Counted from the first letter of the stretch, positions 38,190 to 49,153 are shown. The stretch is DNA of 64,000 nucleotides from Candidatus Poribacteria bacterium (GCA_965205025.1 CBDBFU010000028.1:201844-265843); one strand, 5' to 3'. Translations and numbers: made by a program. The notes: a model not told the origin generated them from the sequence alone.

Positions 38190-39494
38190 CTATGAGTTTG
38201 ACTTTAATTTGATATCCGCATCTAATTCCTTAGCTTGTGTAAAATCCGCTTCTGCCGATTCGTATTGTTTGAGTGCTTGTTTTGCAGTACCACGATTCTT
38301 ATATGCATTAACATGTTGAGGATTTAACTGAATTACAGAATTATAATCATCAATTGCTCCAACATAATCACCAACTTTCCTCTTTATATTTGCACGATTA
38401 TAGTACGCACTTACATCTTCAGGACTTAGTAAATTCACACTATCATAATCAGCAATTGCTCCCTTGTAATCTCCCAAAGGCCTTCTTGCATTTCCTCGAT
38501 TATAGTAGGCACACACATCAAGATTAAGTTCAATAGCCATAGTGTAATCCTCTATAGCTCCCTTGTAGTCCCCCAATTCATCCTTCGCATCTCCACGATG
38601 AAAGTAAGTAATAGCTAATTCTGGATTTAGCTCAAGTGCTTTGTTATAATACACTATTGCTAACTTATACATTCCAATCTTTAAAAAATGATTACCTATA
38701 TCAGTTTTAGTATAGGCGCGTACTCTTGGGGATTTGCACCAAACCTGTATAGGTTCCTGTTCACTTGAACTCTCTATTAATTCCGGAACTAAATTCACAG
38801 GAATAGCATTTATGAAACCGTGATTATTTACTTCATCTGATATACTTGATTCAACAACTCCTATTAATTCACCTTGCTCATTTAACACAGGACCTCCACT
38901 ATAACCATCACCATCGGATTCCTGTAGATCTTTAACCATAATTGAAAACTCATTGTTTTTATTATTGGGAATAGAGATAATTCCAGTTATGCCTCCATAC
39001 TTCTTGCCATCATAACCGACAATATAAGCTTTATCACCATTCTTAAGATCATCAAAATTCGCAAGGGAAAGTGGCTTCCCTGTTTCTGAAACTTTTAGTA
39101 TAACAAGGTCTTTCTCTGCATTATACGCTACCACACCTTCAATTGTGTAGGTTTCGGTGTCTTGACAGGATAGAGTCTTAATGAGATTTGCATTTTTCTT
39201 GACCTTCGAATAATTTGAATGTATGTTGAATAATTGATAGAATTTGGAACCAAGTGTCTTAACAAATTGGTAGAAAGTAGAATCTTCTTCGATTTCCGAG
39301 GACCTTGGATTTCTTGCAATTACTTTTCTACTACCTTCAATAACGTGAATATTTGTTACAATCTTATCTGAATCCAGAAAAAAGCCACTTCCTGTTTGAG
39401 TAGTCAGTCCAAACAATTTGCATTTCAAGAAAACAGTAGACTGCTTACTGTTCTCAAGAATTCGTTCTAAAGTCTTGTCTCTATCCTGTTCCAT
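38190..39494 (-). CDS. Trypsin-like serine protease with C-terminal TPR repeats
   Basis: GSGFF, TNIHV (His), DLVIL (Asp), GYSGGP (Ser); about five AYYNRG-type TPRs. Confidence 0.88.
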   Translation of the reverse strand: MEQDRDKTLERILENSKQSTVFLKCKLFGLTTQTGSGFFLDSDKIVTNIHVIEGSRKVIARNPRSSEIEEDSTFYQFVKTLGSKFYQLFNIHSNYSKVKKNANLIKTLSCQDTETYTIEGVVAYNAEKDLVILKVSETGKPLSLANFDDLKNGDKAYIVGYDGKKYGGITGIISIPNNKNNEFSIMVKDLQESDGDGYSGGPVLNEQGELIGVVESSISDEVNNHGFINAIPVNLVPELIESSSEQEPIQVWCKSPRVRAYTKTDIGNHFLKIGMYKLAIVYYNKALELNPELAITYFHRGDAKDELGDYKGAIEDYTMAIELNLDVCAYYNRGNARRPLGDYKGAIADYDSVNLLSPEDVSAYYNRANIKRKVGDYVGAIDDYNSVIQLNPQHVNAYKNRGTAKQALKQYESAEADFTQAKELDADIKLKSNS

Positions 39495-39640
39495 AAGGTC
39501 TTTTCCTGTTAATATTGCAATAATTCACCCAAAGTGGTACAGACAAAATTGAGATCTACCATCATTTTAATGTAATAGTTTATTTCTCTTATAGACAGAA
39601 TACGAGAACTGATTTATCAAACTATCTTCAAGACTAATAA

Positions 39641-40438
39641 TCATTCCAATGATGTATTATAATTCCAAGATGTATTCGGAAATGGGGAATAGTTCTCATT
39701 AACATTCTGTTGTTGCTGTTTTTCTTTTAGATATATTGTTACCCAATTCTCTGAGACTGCATCGGCTTGTTTTAATAGTCTTCTTGGACCAAATTCAAGA
39801 TCATCAGGATAATCAATACCTAACCAATCCATTATTTTAAATGCAGTTTCTTCATACTGTAACACAAGATCTTCATAAATCACTGTAAAAGGAGTGATAC
39901 TGTATTGCGAAAAGTATTCCTGCCAGGCTGCTTCATGAAACATGATCTCTTGAGCGAGATAATCAATAGCTTCAAAGTTGTATTCCGGTTCTTTATCTAA
40001 TATCGGGTCAGGATCTCCGATTCGTTTCCACCATACAACAGTCTGCAACCCTTTCCATAATGAAACAGCCTGACGAACCTTATCTCTACGCATTATCCAA
40101 ATATAATGTAGGTTTGGGTATAACTCATTTAATACATCGTTTGCTGATAGATCTCTCTTCATGAATTGTGGTGTTTTTCGTACCTTACCGATAAATCTAT
40201 CAAAATATCCCCACATGAGTTTTGTACCAAAAACACCATTTGGTGTTGTACTATTTTCAACGACTTTATTCAAAAAATCGGAATAGCCAGTTGCTCCCCA
40301 CTTTTCTCCCCATTTTTTATCATCCCAAAAGTATTCACCTGGTATTCCAGCAAAACCTGTATTCTCCAATGCCTCAAAAAGTAGGTATCCGCCACAACGC
40401 GGTGTTGCACAGATTAAATATGAGATTTTAGGTATCAC
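39641..40438 (-). CDS. Stf0-family sulfotransferase
   Basis: YLICATPR.G..L, PGEYF, TPNGVFGTKLMW, RRDKVRQAVS, YEDL. Confidence 0.85.
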   Translation of the reverse strand: MIPKISYLICATPRCGGYLLFEALENTGFAGIPGEYFWDDKKWGEKWGATGYSDFLNKVVENSTTPNGVFGTKLMWGYFDRFIGKVRKTPQFMKRDLSANDVLNELYPNLHYIWIMRRDKVRQAVSLWKGLQTVVWWKRIGDPDPILDKEPEYNFEAIDYLAQEIMFHEAAWQEYFSQYSITPFTVIYEDLVLQYEETAFKIMDWLGIDYPDDLEFGPRRLLKQADAVSENWVTIYLKEKQQQQNVNENYSPFPNTSWNYNTSLE

Positions 40439-40666
40439 AAAGGCATTTTCCTTTCAATTAGAGTTGCTCTTCGTAGCGTGGGATCTACCCACTTGTTTTT
40501 CAAATTTAGAACATGACATGAACATGTTCCTATCCAAGTTGGTATACCTAATTGTAGTTTTATACATTGGATTCATCCAGGTTAGAATCCGTACCTGTCG
40601 AAATATGAGATTTTAGACTTTGGGAAAACGTTGAGTGCAATTTACAGTGAGTTCGAGTTGATATTA

Positions 40667-41740
40667 CTATGGGATAAGTTGAACTTTGATTGAATCTTTG
40701 CTATCTTTGACCATTTCAAATGCAGTTAGGTAATCTTCCAATGGCAACTGATGTGTTACAATATGACCTACATCAATAAGTCCATTGTGGATATAATCTA
40801 TGGCAAGAGGGTATGTGTATGGACCTAAATGAGAACCGTGAATGTTCAATTCTTTTGTGTCACCAATGATTGTCCAATCGACAGTGACAGGTTCCCGCAT
40901 GACGCTGAATTCCACAAATGTCCCTGCTTTGCGAATCATGTGTAGACCTTGCTCAACAGCTTTCGGATGACCTGTTGCTTCGATATACACATCACAACCG
41001 TACCCTTCTGTAAGGTCTAATACTTCTTGGACAACATCAGTGTCAGACGGATTGAATGTGAGATCTGCACCTAATTTCTTCGCTGCTTCTAACCGGTTAG
41101 ACTGTAGGTCAATTGCAATGAGTAATCCAGGATTCTTCAGTCTTGCTGCCCCAATCATACCGAGACCGAGTGTGCCAGCACCTGCAATTACAACAGTGTC
41201 TCCAAATTCAATTTCACCGCGTTGTACGGCGTGTATTGAGCAGGAAAGTGGTTCAATCATTGCAGCGTTTTCAATTGGAATATCAGATGGCACTTTGTGG
41301 ACAAGAGCATCCGAAGGGAATTTCATGAATTCAGCCATTCCACCATTGACAACTGGTTGGAATCCGAAGATATTGTGTAATTGACAAAGCCAATACTTCC
41401 CTGTTTTACAATATCGGCAATCCCAACATGGAACTATTTGTTCTGCAATTGCCCTGTCCCCGATCTTCAGACCAGTCTTTTCAGCTGCCTTACGTCCAAT
41501 TTCAACGACTTCACCAATGAATTCGTGTCCAGCAATTACCGGTGTTTCCACGTAGGGTTGACGTGTCTCATCACCCCAGAAGAGTGGTGCTCCAGTAAAA
41601 CATTTAATATCACTTGCACATACACCACATGCATTTACCTTAATTACTATTTCCTCGGGTTCAGCATGTGGAATATGAAGATCTTCAAGCCGATAATCAT
41701 GCGGGGCATGACACATAACGGCATTCATTGATTTGGACAT
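40667..41740 (-). CDS. Zn-dependent polyol dehydrogenase (erythritol/L-threitol dehydrogenase-like)
   Basis: CGVCASDIKC, GHE, CWDCRYC...C structural Zn, GAGTLG. Confidence 0.85.
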   Translation of the reverse strand: MSKSMNAVMCHAPHDYRLEDLHIPHAEPEEIVIKVNACGVCASDIKCFTGAPLFWGDETRQPYVETPVIAGHEFIGEVVEIGRKAAEKTGLKIGDRAIAEQIVPCWDCRYCKTGKYWLCQLHNIFGFQPVVNGGMAEFMKFPSDALVHKVPSDIPIENAAMIEPLSCSIHAVQRGEIEFGDTVVIAGAGTLGLGMIGAARLKNPGLLIAIDLQSNRLEAAKKLGADLTFNPSDTDVVQEVLDLTEGYGCDVYIEATGHPKAVEQGLHMIRKAGTFVEFSVMREPVTVDWTIIGDTKELNIHGSHLGPYTYPLAIDYIHNGLIDVGHIVTHQLPLEDYLTAFEMVKDSKDSIKVQLIP

Positions 41741-41760
41741 TCGTTGTATTTTGAAAGCAA

Positions 41761-42540
41761 CTATGCTGCCTTGCGTTGTATAAGTCTTCTCCGTGCACTT
41801 GCCCGCGCTATTCCAACATCAATTGAGATATGCTGATAGGTAGTCATTCCAAGATTAATGGCGTGTGCAGTATCAAGATTAAAACCCCATTCAATCCATT
41901 CAGGTTTATCTTCTTCAGGAATATCTCCAGCTGCAATAACCTTCATGATACTTATTCCTTTGTCAAGGTCATAGGCACGTTGGATATATTCAAGGTGTTG
42001 CTCCATGGTACCACCCTCTAACATTTTTCCTTCTTTGTTAGCAGTAGCAAGGATAACATCAATTTCGGGGTGGTCAATTACCGCATCCATTACATCGCCG
42101 GTGTATACATGTGTCGAACATCCAATAAATCGTATTTTTCCGTCGGATTTTGCTTCACGGAATGCATCAAACGCGCCATCACGTTCGCGCGCTTTAAGGT
42201 CATCGCGAGATGCAATAGCGTGTAACAACATAACATCAATATAATCTGTCTGTAATTCAGTTAGTGCTTTTTCAATACTCTGTGCAGCTGTTTTATCCTT
42301 CACAGCAGTTTTTGTCTGAATAACAACTTCTTCACGATTAATCTGTCGAATTGCTTCACCGAGATGTGGTTGTGTACCATATCCTTCTGCAGTATCCCAG
42401 AAAGTGATACCTTCATCAAAGCCTTTCAACATGAGGGTAGCACCAGATTCAATAGTTTTGCAGGTATCCTGTATTCGTCCTGCCCCGTAGCAGAGACGTG
42501 AGATTTCCAAACCTGTTTTTCCATAAGTTAAATATTCCAT
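41761..42540 (-). CDS. Aldo/keto reductase
   Basis: GKTGLEISRL, WDTAEGYG, QTK, LQTDYID..LLH, GKIRFIG.STH; GGAGG SD before ATG 42540. Confidence 0.9.
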   Translation of the reverse strand: MEYLTYGKTGLEISRLCYGAGRIQDTCKTIESGATLMLKGFDEGITFWDTAEGYGTQPHLGEAIRQINREEVVIQTKTAVKDKTAAQSIEKALTELQTDYIDVMLLHAIASRDDLKARERDGAFDAFREAKSDGKIRFIGCSTHVYTGDVMDAVIDHPEIDVILATANKEGKMLEGGTMEQHLEYIQRAYDLDKGISIMKVIAAGDIPEEDKPEWIEWGFNLDTAHAINLGMTTYQHISIDVGIARASARRRLIQRKAA

Positions 42541-42775
42541 AGTGCCTCCACCTATTATATAATTGTATTTACACATTTATCTTTTAAGACCATCACAATA
42601 ATACATACATTATCTGAAATAGCGTAAAAATGCAACCCTTTTTTATTGCAACAAAACTCCGATTAGGTTATTATCAAAATTACATATTTCAAGTATACAA
42701 TTATTTTTGTAATAAAGTTATACTATTTCTATAATTATTGTTTCATTAGGCGGTTATTATGGTAGTCATTTTCAG

Positions 42776-42903
42776 GTCACAAACTGAATGAAGATTAATT
42801 TTTTAAATCGGTAATACGGGCGGGTTAACCCCGCCCCTACGATAAGTTTATGGACTGGATTACCGAAATATTTACTTAATCCTCATAAAGTTTGTGGTAC
42901 AAA
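42776..42903. mobile_element. MITE/REPIN-like element, family B (opposite orientation to 13372-13551; REP family 2 core)
   Basis: Arms as at 13372-13551; core GGGCGGGTTAACCCCGCCCCTACG at 42818-42841. Confidence 0.8.
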
Positions 42904-42938
42904 AAAGAGATGTTTTCAATTAGAAATGGGATTATAAA

Positions 42939-44096
42939 ATGAAGATAACTGGGATTTTTATAGTTGATCACAAACCATTAGAAATTACTTTGACGGAAAC
43001 ATCTGTAGAATCTGTAAAAGCTGTAAGCCAAGCATCAGTCAAGAATGATTACTTCATTTCTACTGCTTTGGTAGACATCCAAGTGAACGGGTTTTTTGGT
43101 TATGACTTAAATGTTCCAACAGTGACTGATACTGATGTTTGTAAAATGGTGCGTGAACTCTGGAGAGTTGGTACAGGTTTGATATGTCCTACCATTGTAA
43201 CCAATTCATTTGAAAATATAAGTAACTCACTAAGGGCAGTTGTAAACGCTTGTGAGTCTGACCAGTGTATTGCAGATTCAATTCTTGGTATTCACCTTGA
43301 GGGTCCATATATCTCAGATGTTGATGGACCTCGTGGTGCACATCCTTTGGAATATGTTAGAGATCCGGATTGGGAAGAGTTTCAACAATTACAGAATATT
43401 GCTGAAGGTAAGATATGTCTTGTTACACTTGCTCCTGAGAAAAAAGGAGCAATACAGTTCATAGAAAAACTGGTAGAGAATGGCATTGTAGTTGCCATAG
43501 GTCATACAAATGCATCTGCTGAAGATATACAAGATGCAATTTCTGCTGGTGCGAGTCTGTCTACCCATCTCGGGAATGGTGCACATGCTGAGATACGTCG
43601 TCATCCAAATTATATTTGGGAACAACTTGCAGCAGATGAACTCGATGCAAGTCTTATCGTTGATGGTCATCATCTTCCACCTTCTGTTGTTAAGTCGATG
43701 ATAAGAGCAAAACAACCAAAACGGTGTATTCTGATTAGTGATGCTGTCTCATTGGCTGGATTGGATCCAGGAAATTATGAGTTTGCTGGGAGTGCGGTGG
43801 AATTAACAGAGGATAGAGTGGTTCGTTTGTCTGGTACTGAATACCTTGCCGGTTCAGCAATTGAATTAGTGAAAGGAATTGAAAACACGATTAAGTTTAC
43901 AGGATTAACTTTACAAAAAGTAATTCCATTTGCCACTATACATCCGCTTATACTACTTGGCGAAATTGAGAGAATAGAAAAATTGAGAGATCTATTTGTA
44001 TTTAAATACGATTATGATAGGAAAGAGATTACTCCTGTTGCTACTATTATAAATGGGGAGATGGTGTACCATGTAGAGGACGTTAATGACGTATAG
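42939..44096 (+). CDS. nagA: N-acetylglucosamine-6-phosphate deacetylase-like amidohydrolase
   Basis: DIQVNG, GIHLEGPY, GAHP, TLAPE, IGHT, THLGNG, DGHH, LISD, LAGS. Confidence 0.8.
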   Translation: MKITGIFIVDHKPLEITLTETSVESVKAVSQASVKNDYFISTALVDIQVNGFFGYDLNVPTVTDTDVCKMVRELWRVGTGLICPTIVTNSFENISNSLRAVVNACESDQCIADSILGIHLEGPYISDVDGPRGAHPLEYVRDPDWEEFQQLQNIAEGKICLVTLAPEKKGAIQFIEKLVENGIVVAIGHTNASAEDIQDAISAGASLSTHLGNGAHAEIRRHPNYIWEQLAADELDASLIVDGHHLPPSVVKSMIRAKQPKRCILISDAVSLAGLDPGNYEFAGSAVELTEDRVVRLSGTEYLAGSAIELVKGIENTIKFTGLTLQKVIPFATIHPLILLGEIERIEKLRDLFVFKYDYDRKEITPVATIINGEMVYHVEDVNDV

Positions 44097-44120
44097 AATA
44101 TTAATTACATTATCAAAGGA

Positions 44121-44924
44121 TTGTCTATCATGTTGACGAGTTCTGAAATTGATTCTTACCTTGAAAATGGTTATCTTATTCGAAGAGATACATTTTCTGA
44201 CTCCGATTTAGAAAATTATCGTAAGGCAATAGATAGGTTATTGCATAAGTGTCTTGTAGATCGTGTTCACGATGGATATCTACGTTATATAGATGGAGAA
44301 CGGGATGATATTTGGGGTGTGAATAATGTTTTTCATCCAAGTATTCGCGAGGAAGCACTTGTACATTCATTAGCAAATCCACAGATATTGGATGTAATTG
44401 AATCACTCATTGGGAACAAGTTGCGATATCACCTTTGTACACTCCTTGTTAATTCAGAGAAGAAACCGTATCATATTAATTGGCACAGAGATGCTGCACA
44501 GGATGGTGAAGTTCCACTGGAAGTTCTTAATAGTCGGTTACGAAGTCATGTACAACTTAACGGTGCACTTTATGACGATGACTCATTATATATTGTTCCT
44601 GGCAGTCATTCTCGTGAACTCACTGATGATGAACGTGCTGTGTTACAAGAAAGACCAAATGAAGAAATGCCGAACCAACTAAAGGTTGAACTGAAGGCAG
44701 GTGATATTGTATTTTATAATTCCAGTATTTTACATAAGGGTAAGAATACAAATAGGAAGATTCGTCAGACTTTACACTATGCTGTTGTTGCGATTTCATC
44801 AGAGAGTCATCCGTTAAATCCAGATAATCCTACGGATCAAGAATGGTTGAATGATCCAGAATTTCTTGATAATTTGCCAGATCGGTTGAAACCTTTATTT
44901 GATAATTGGCTGAAATATAGGTAG
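44121..44924 (+). CDS. PhyH-family Fe(II)/2OG dioxygenase
   Basis: WHRD, VPGSH, LKAGD...ILH.G...R. Start may be ATG 44130. Confidence 0.85.
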   Translation: MSIMLTSSEIDSYLENGYLIRRDTFSDSDLENYRKAIDRLLHKCLVDRVHDGYLRYIDGERDDIWGVNNVFHPSIREEALVHSLANPQILDVIESLIGNKLRYHLCTLLVNSEKKPYHINWHRDAAQDGEVPLEVLNSRLRSHVQLNGALYDDDSLYIVPGSHSRELTDDERAVLQERPNEEMPNQLKVELKAGDIVFYNSSILHKGKNTNRKIRQTLHYAVVAISSESHPLNPDNPTDQEWLNDPEFLDNLPDRLKPLFDNWLKYR

Positions 44925-44984
44925 GTTTATTATGTCTAAAAATAGAGGCATAGTTATCGGTAAGATAAATGGACTAAAGAATAT

Positions 44985-45725
44985 CTATTTTTTATGACAT
45001 ATCATTGCTGTGATCCAACAATATCGTTTCAGAAATGGAAGTGACTTTAAAAGTAAGGAATCTATTACATTTAGTAAGTAGAACGACCATCGATAGAATG
45101 GGGTAATTGGTATACATTTCTGCCAGAATAATGACTTCACAGAAGAGAAATGAAATTCCGAATGTTCCAATAGGTCAAAATGTGTACCTGCTGATTCTAT
45201 ATCCTGCATAGAGAAATAGTGTAGTTTGCGTGAATATTTAATGAAGAATTTTCTGTATAACCAGACCAGAGGATGGTGCCGCATATTTTCTATGAAAATT
45301 GCTTTACCTCCCGGTTTTAGTACACGGTAACACTCTTTTGCTGTAAGTGTATGATCTGTAAAGACTAAAACAGATTTTGATATTATAAAATCAAATGTAT
45401 TATCTGGAAAACCGAGATGCATTGCATCCATCAAAGCAAATTCTATAGATTCATCAACACTATGTTGTTTTGCTCTGACTTTAGCTTCATCTATTCGAAA
45501 TGGTAGTAGATCGATCCCAATGAGAGATGCACCTCGTTTTGCTAATAATGTTGCTGTGCCCCCTGTTCCAACCCCCAACTCAAGTATACTTTTCCCTTCA
45601 ATGTTTCCCATTTTCGGTATAATATATTCAAAAACAGGTAGGTAAAAGTCTTCCCACCAAAGAAGGAGATTAGATTCAACAGAGTTGGCATGTTGATCAG
45701 ATAGAGGTGCATCCGATGTGTCCAA
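44985..45725 (-). CDS. Class I SAM-dependent methyltransferase
   Basis: ILELGVGTG, GID, FPDNTFD, RVLKPGG. Confidence 0.9.
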   Translation of the reverse strand: MDTSDAPLSDQHANSVESNLLLWWEDFYLPVFEYIIPKMGNIEGKSILELGVGTGGTATLLAKRGASLIGIDLLPFRIDEAKVRAKQHSVDESIEFALMDAMHLGFPDNTFDFIISKSVLVFTDHTLTAKECYRVLKPGGKAIFIENMRHHPLVWLYRKFFIKYSRKLHYFSMQDIESAGTHFDLLEHSEFHFSSVKSLFWQKCIPITPFYRWSFYLLNVIDSLLLKSLPFLKRYCWITAMICHKK

Positions 45726-45727
45726 AT

Positions 45728-46486
45728 CTATATTTTCTCCATTCTACGTAAACCTTCAATGCAGCGTTCAGCACATTCAATCGGTGGATAAGCATAACTT
45801 TCTTGTTCAACGATATACCATTCTGTTCCACCAACAGTTTCACATGCATTGAATACATCATCCCAAGGAATATCACCTTCACCAATAACAGCTTTGTCAT
45901 TCGTTGCAGAGAATTCTTTGATATGTACCAGTTTGGATCTCCCTGGATACCGTTCAATGTATGTAACATTATCTGCCCCGGCACGAAGGACGTGACCTGT
46001 ATCTATCTGCGTTACGACACTATCATCTGTATTACTACAGAATATATCCCATGGCATTTCACCGTCCATTTCTTGGAATTCACCTGTGTGGTTATGATAT
46101 CCTGTGAACATACCTTGGTCTGCGACTTTCTCAGCAATCTCATTAAATATCTTAGCAGTTTTCAGCCATGCTTCTTTTGAATTGCTATATTCACCTGGTA
46201 AGCCGGGAACAATCAGATAGGGGTTGCCAAGTGTTTTGTTAAATGCGACAGTCTTTTCAAGTTCATCACCGAGAAGAGTGTTGATTCCAGTGTGTGTACC
46301 GACGATTTTTAACTCAAGGTCATCACACATTCCCCGTAATTCTTCTGCTGTTCTGTCGTAGTATCCAGCAAATTCAACACCTTCATATCCCATCTGTGCA
46401 ACGGCTTGAAGGGTAAGTGATAGGTCTTTTGCACAATCATCTCTGACGGAATATAACTGTAATGCTATAGGTATTCTATTGCTCAA
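45728..46486 (-). CDS. Sugar phosphate isomerase/epimerase
   Basis: LQLYSVRD, GYEGVEFAG, YHNH..EF, DTGH, HIKE, IVEQE. Confidence 0.9.
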   Translation of the reverse strand: MSNRIPIALQLYSVRDDCAKDLSLTLQAVAQMGYEGVEFAGYYDRTAEELRGMCDDLELKIVGTHTGINTLLGDELEKTVAFNKTLGNPYLIVPGLPGEYSNSKEAWLKTAKIFNEIAEKVADQGMFTGYHNHTGEFQEMDGEMPWDIFCSNTDDSVVTQIDTGHVLRAGADNVTYIERYPGRSKLVHIKEFSATNDKAVIGEGDIPWDDVFNACETVGGTEWYIVEQESYAYPPIECAERCIEGLRRMEKI

Positions 46487-46528
46487 TTAGTTTCTCCTTG
46501 GTTATTAAGTATGAATATATACATAAAT

Positions 46529-46562
46529 ATAGTGAAGTGCGTTATTCAACGCGCTTCACTAT
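46529..46562. repeat. Intergenic 15-bp stem hairpin (REP-like, or mRNA stabiliser/terminator)
   Basis: ATAGTGAAGTGCGTT-ATTC-AACGCGCTTCACTAT. Confidence 0.55.
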
Positions 46563-46576
46563 TGAAAATAATACAA

Positions 46577-47593
46577 TTACATGGGTAAGTTAACGACTTG
46601 TCCACTATCGGATGAAACCAATCCTGCTTCTAAAATCTCCTGAGCATCTCGACTGACTTTAGGGCAACATAAACCCTCAATAGGCTTTTCATTTTCGATG
46701 CAGTGGATCAAGTATTCAGGTGCGTTTCTTCTACCTTCAGGTATGGGATCAGGATCAATGATTTGTGCATCTTCACCAGCAGGATGTAGATTGACCTGGT
46801 TGCCAGTGACAGACAATGCCCCTTCTGTACCGTAAACAACAGGATTTGGTGTGATATAACCCGTTTTTTGTGTCCAGGATGCTTCAGTTATTCCAAAGGC
46901 ATTCCCGTATTTCATCACGATGACAGCATTGTCATCTGGTAATGGATAATCTTTAACGAATGTTCCACGGAAACCGGTAACCTGTTCTGGTATACCGAGT
47001 AGGAATGCACACATATCAGCACAATAACAGCAATAATCCATTAGTGCTCCAGCACCATTTTTCTCTTCATCGTATAGCCATTCATAAAAGTACTTGGAAC
47101 AGCCTATTTCTTTTGGTCCGTTATGTGCGGAACGCCACTTGAAGTAGAAAATGTCCCCGATTGCCCCATCTTTTATCAATTGAATGGTCGTGTTTAGTGC
47201 AGGACTCCATGCAGTCGGCCAATTAATCATTAGGTATATGCCAGCCTTTTCTGCAGTCGATAGCATTTCATCTGCTTGTGAAAGTCGTGCAGCCATCGGT
47301 TTTTCAGAAAGAACGTGAATTCCTTTTGCTGCTGCCTCACTAACAATCCCAGGACCTGCGTTGTTTTCACCACATGCTTGAACGATGTCTAATTCTTCAT
47401 TTTCAATCATTTCCTGCCAGGAGTCGTATACATTATCAACTCCTGATTCTTCTTTGAATTGTTCTCTTAATTCCGCGTTGACATCTCCCGCTGCGACGAT
47501 TTCGACGTTTGGGTGTTTTTTCCATTGATTTAACTCACCCCATACATGGTCGTGTACTAAGGAAGCGAAGCCAACGCGATAGGTTTTTGCCAT
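46577..47593 (-). CDS. Gfo/Idh/MocA oxidoreductase
   Basis: HVLSEKPMA, INWP, GAGALMDYCCY. Confidence 0.88.
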   Translation of the reverse strand: MAKTYRVGFASLVHDHVWGELNQWKKHPNVEIVAAGDVNAELREQFKEESGVDNVYDSWQEMIENEELDIVQACGENNAGPGIVSEAAAKGIHVLSEKPMAARLSQADEMLSTAEKAGIYLMINWPTAWSPALNTTIQLIKDGAIGDIFYFKWRSAHNGPKEIGCSKYFYEWLYDEEKNGAGALMDYCCYCADMCAFLLGIPEQVTGFRGTFVKDYPLPDDNAVIVMKYGNAFGITEASWTQKTGYITPNPVVYGTEGALSVTGNQVNLHPAGEDAQIIDPDPIPEGRRNAPEYLIHCIENEKPIEGLCCPKVSRDAQEILEAGLVSSDSGQVVNLPM

Positions 47594-47623
47594 GATTTTC
47601 TCCTAAATGATAAATAATACAGT

Positions 47624-48676
47624 TTATTCTTCTGCTCGGACGGCGATTTTTATGGCAGTTTCACCGTTAATACGGTACCCACCATCAAGTGCTTTAAACC
47701 CGTCTTCAACTTGTGAAAGTGGTAATTCGTGACTCACCATATCAGCAAAAGGCAGGTCACTTTTTTCAAGTAGCGGCAGTCCTCGAACGAAATGATCGTA
47801 ATTACTCCCCCAGATTGCTTCAAGTCGAAGGTTTTTTCGCATGAGGAGTTGGTTTATATTGAAGTCGATTGAACCCATGTCAACAAAATGGCCGACCTCT
47901 ACAAATGTACCACTTCGTCTTGTATATCCTAATCCTTCTGGAGTAGCAGGAAGAAAACCTGCACATTCAAAGACAACATCTGCCCCTTCTCCACGTGGTG
48001 TTTCTGACTTAACGAGTTTAGTTCGTTCTTCGACTGAGGTGACTTCTTCAATATCTATTGTTACATCTGCACCAAAACGTCTTGCCAATTCAAGGCGTCC
48101 TGCAGGACCACCCACCATGATTAATTTACCTGCACCACTTAATTTTGCACATGCAAGGGTTACCAATCCGATTGCTCCAGAACCTTGCACTACGACAGTA
48201 TCTCCAAATTTGATTTCGCCTCGCATGACTGCATGCACGCCGACAGTGAAAGGTTCGGTAAGTACAGCAACTTCAGGAGATGCTTCGGTTTTCATAAAAC
48301 AGGTATTTGGGTATGTAAGGTACATGTAATCCGCAAAACCACCTCGAAAATGGGGTGCTTCATCTGGATTCCACTGAAAACCGTATCCTCCGTAGTCTGT
48401 CCCCGGTGCGAAGATAACCCTATCACCCTCTTTTATAGGTTTACCAACATAGTCTTCTGATACACCATCTCCAATAGCTTCGACGATTCCCACATTTTCA
48501 TGTCCCAATAGGATCTCAGTTTTGAATCCGTTTTGCCAGTTATGGAGATCTGTACCACATATTCCTGCTAATTCTTGTCGTAAGAGAATGGTTTTTGGTT
48601 CAGGATCAGGAACAGGATATTCACGTATCTCAAAATCTTGACCGTATGCGACTACAGCACGACCAGTTCGAGCCAT
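47624..48676 (-). CDS. Zn-binding dehydrogenase (MDR family)
   Basis: GICGTDLH, GHE, GSGAIG, GADVVFECAG; lacks the 4-Cys structural Zn lobe. Confidence 0.88.
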   Translation of the reverse strand: MARTGRAVVAYGQDFEIREYPVPDPEPKTILLRQELAGICGTDLHNWQNGFKTEILLGHENVGIVEAIGDGVSEDYVGKPIKEGDRVIFAPGTDYGGYGFQWNPDEAPHFRGGFADYMYLTYPNTCFMKTEASPEVAVLTEPFTVGVHAVMRGEIKFGDTVVVQGSGAIGLVTLACAKLSGAGKLIMVGGPAGRLELARRFGADVTIDIEEVTSVEERTKLVKSETPRGEGADVVFECAGFLPATPEGLGYTRRSGTFVEVGHFVDMGSIDFNINQLLMRKNLRLEAIWGSNYDHFVRGLPLLEKSDLPFADMVSHELPLSQVEDGFKALDGGYRINGETAIKIAVRAEE

Positions 48677-48738
48677 TTTTCCTCCTTATAGTGTGTGAAT
48701 AAGGTGTTTCAAAGATCTAATGGTAACATTCCTAATAA

Positions 48739-49026
48739 TTAGACAAACTTTTTCTTTTTACGTGAACTTATTATATATATTGCAATTAATCCAACAATAG
48801 TAATTATTATCCAATACTTTTGGAATATTTCAAAGAAGATATTAAAACCTATCCAAGCTGCGACCTCTATCCCAACTATCATCAAAGCCTTCCCCCAGGG
48901 AAAATCAGCATTATGATGTTTTTGTAGCCGATAGGCATAAATCCATGAGATGATTAATGTTCCCAGTACAACTAATAAGAAAAGTAGATTGACAGTTGAT
49001 TGAATGCCTTCGAGTAAGAAGTTCAT
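48739..49026 (-). CDS. Small three-TM membrane protein
   Basis: SD AGGAG; hydrophobic segments and a basic tail. Confidence 0.6.
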   Translation of the reverse strand: MNFLLEGIQSTVNLLFLLVVLGTLIISWIYAYRLQKHHNADFPWGKALMIVGIEVAAWIGFNIFFEIFQKYWIIITIVGLIAIYIISSRKKKKFV

Positions 49027-49153
49027 AGGATACTCCTGTATTCTTGACCTACATATTGTGTGTTGTAGGTTCTATAGTTTGTATGTAATTTAGAGACACT
49101 ACAACTGAAAAAGATAGGAATATATATCATATTGAATAGGATGGTGATGATTG

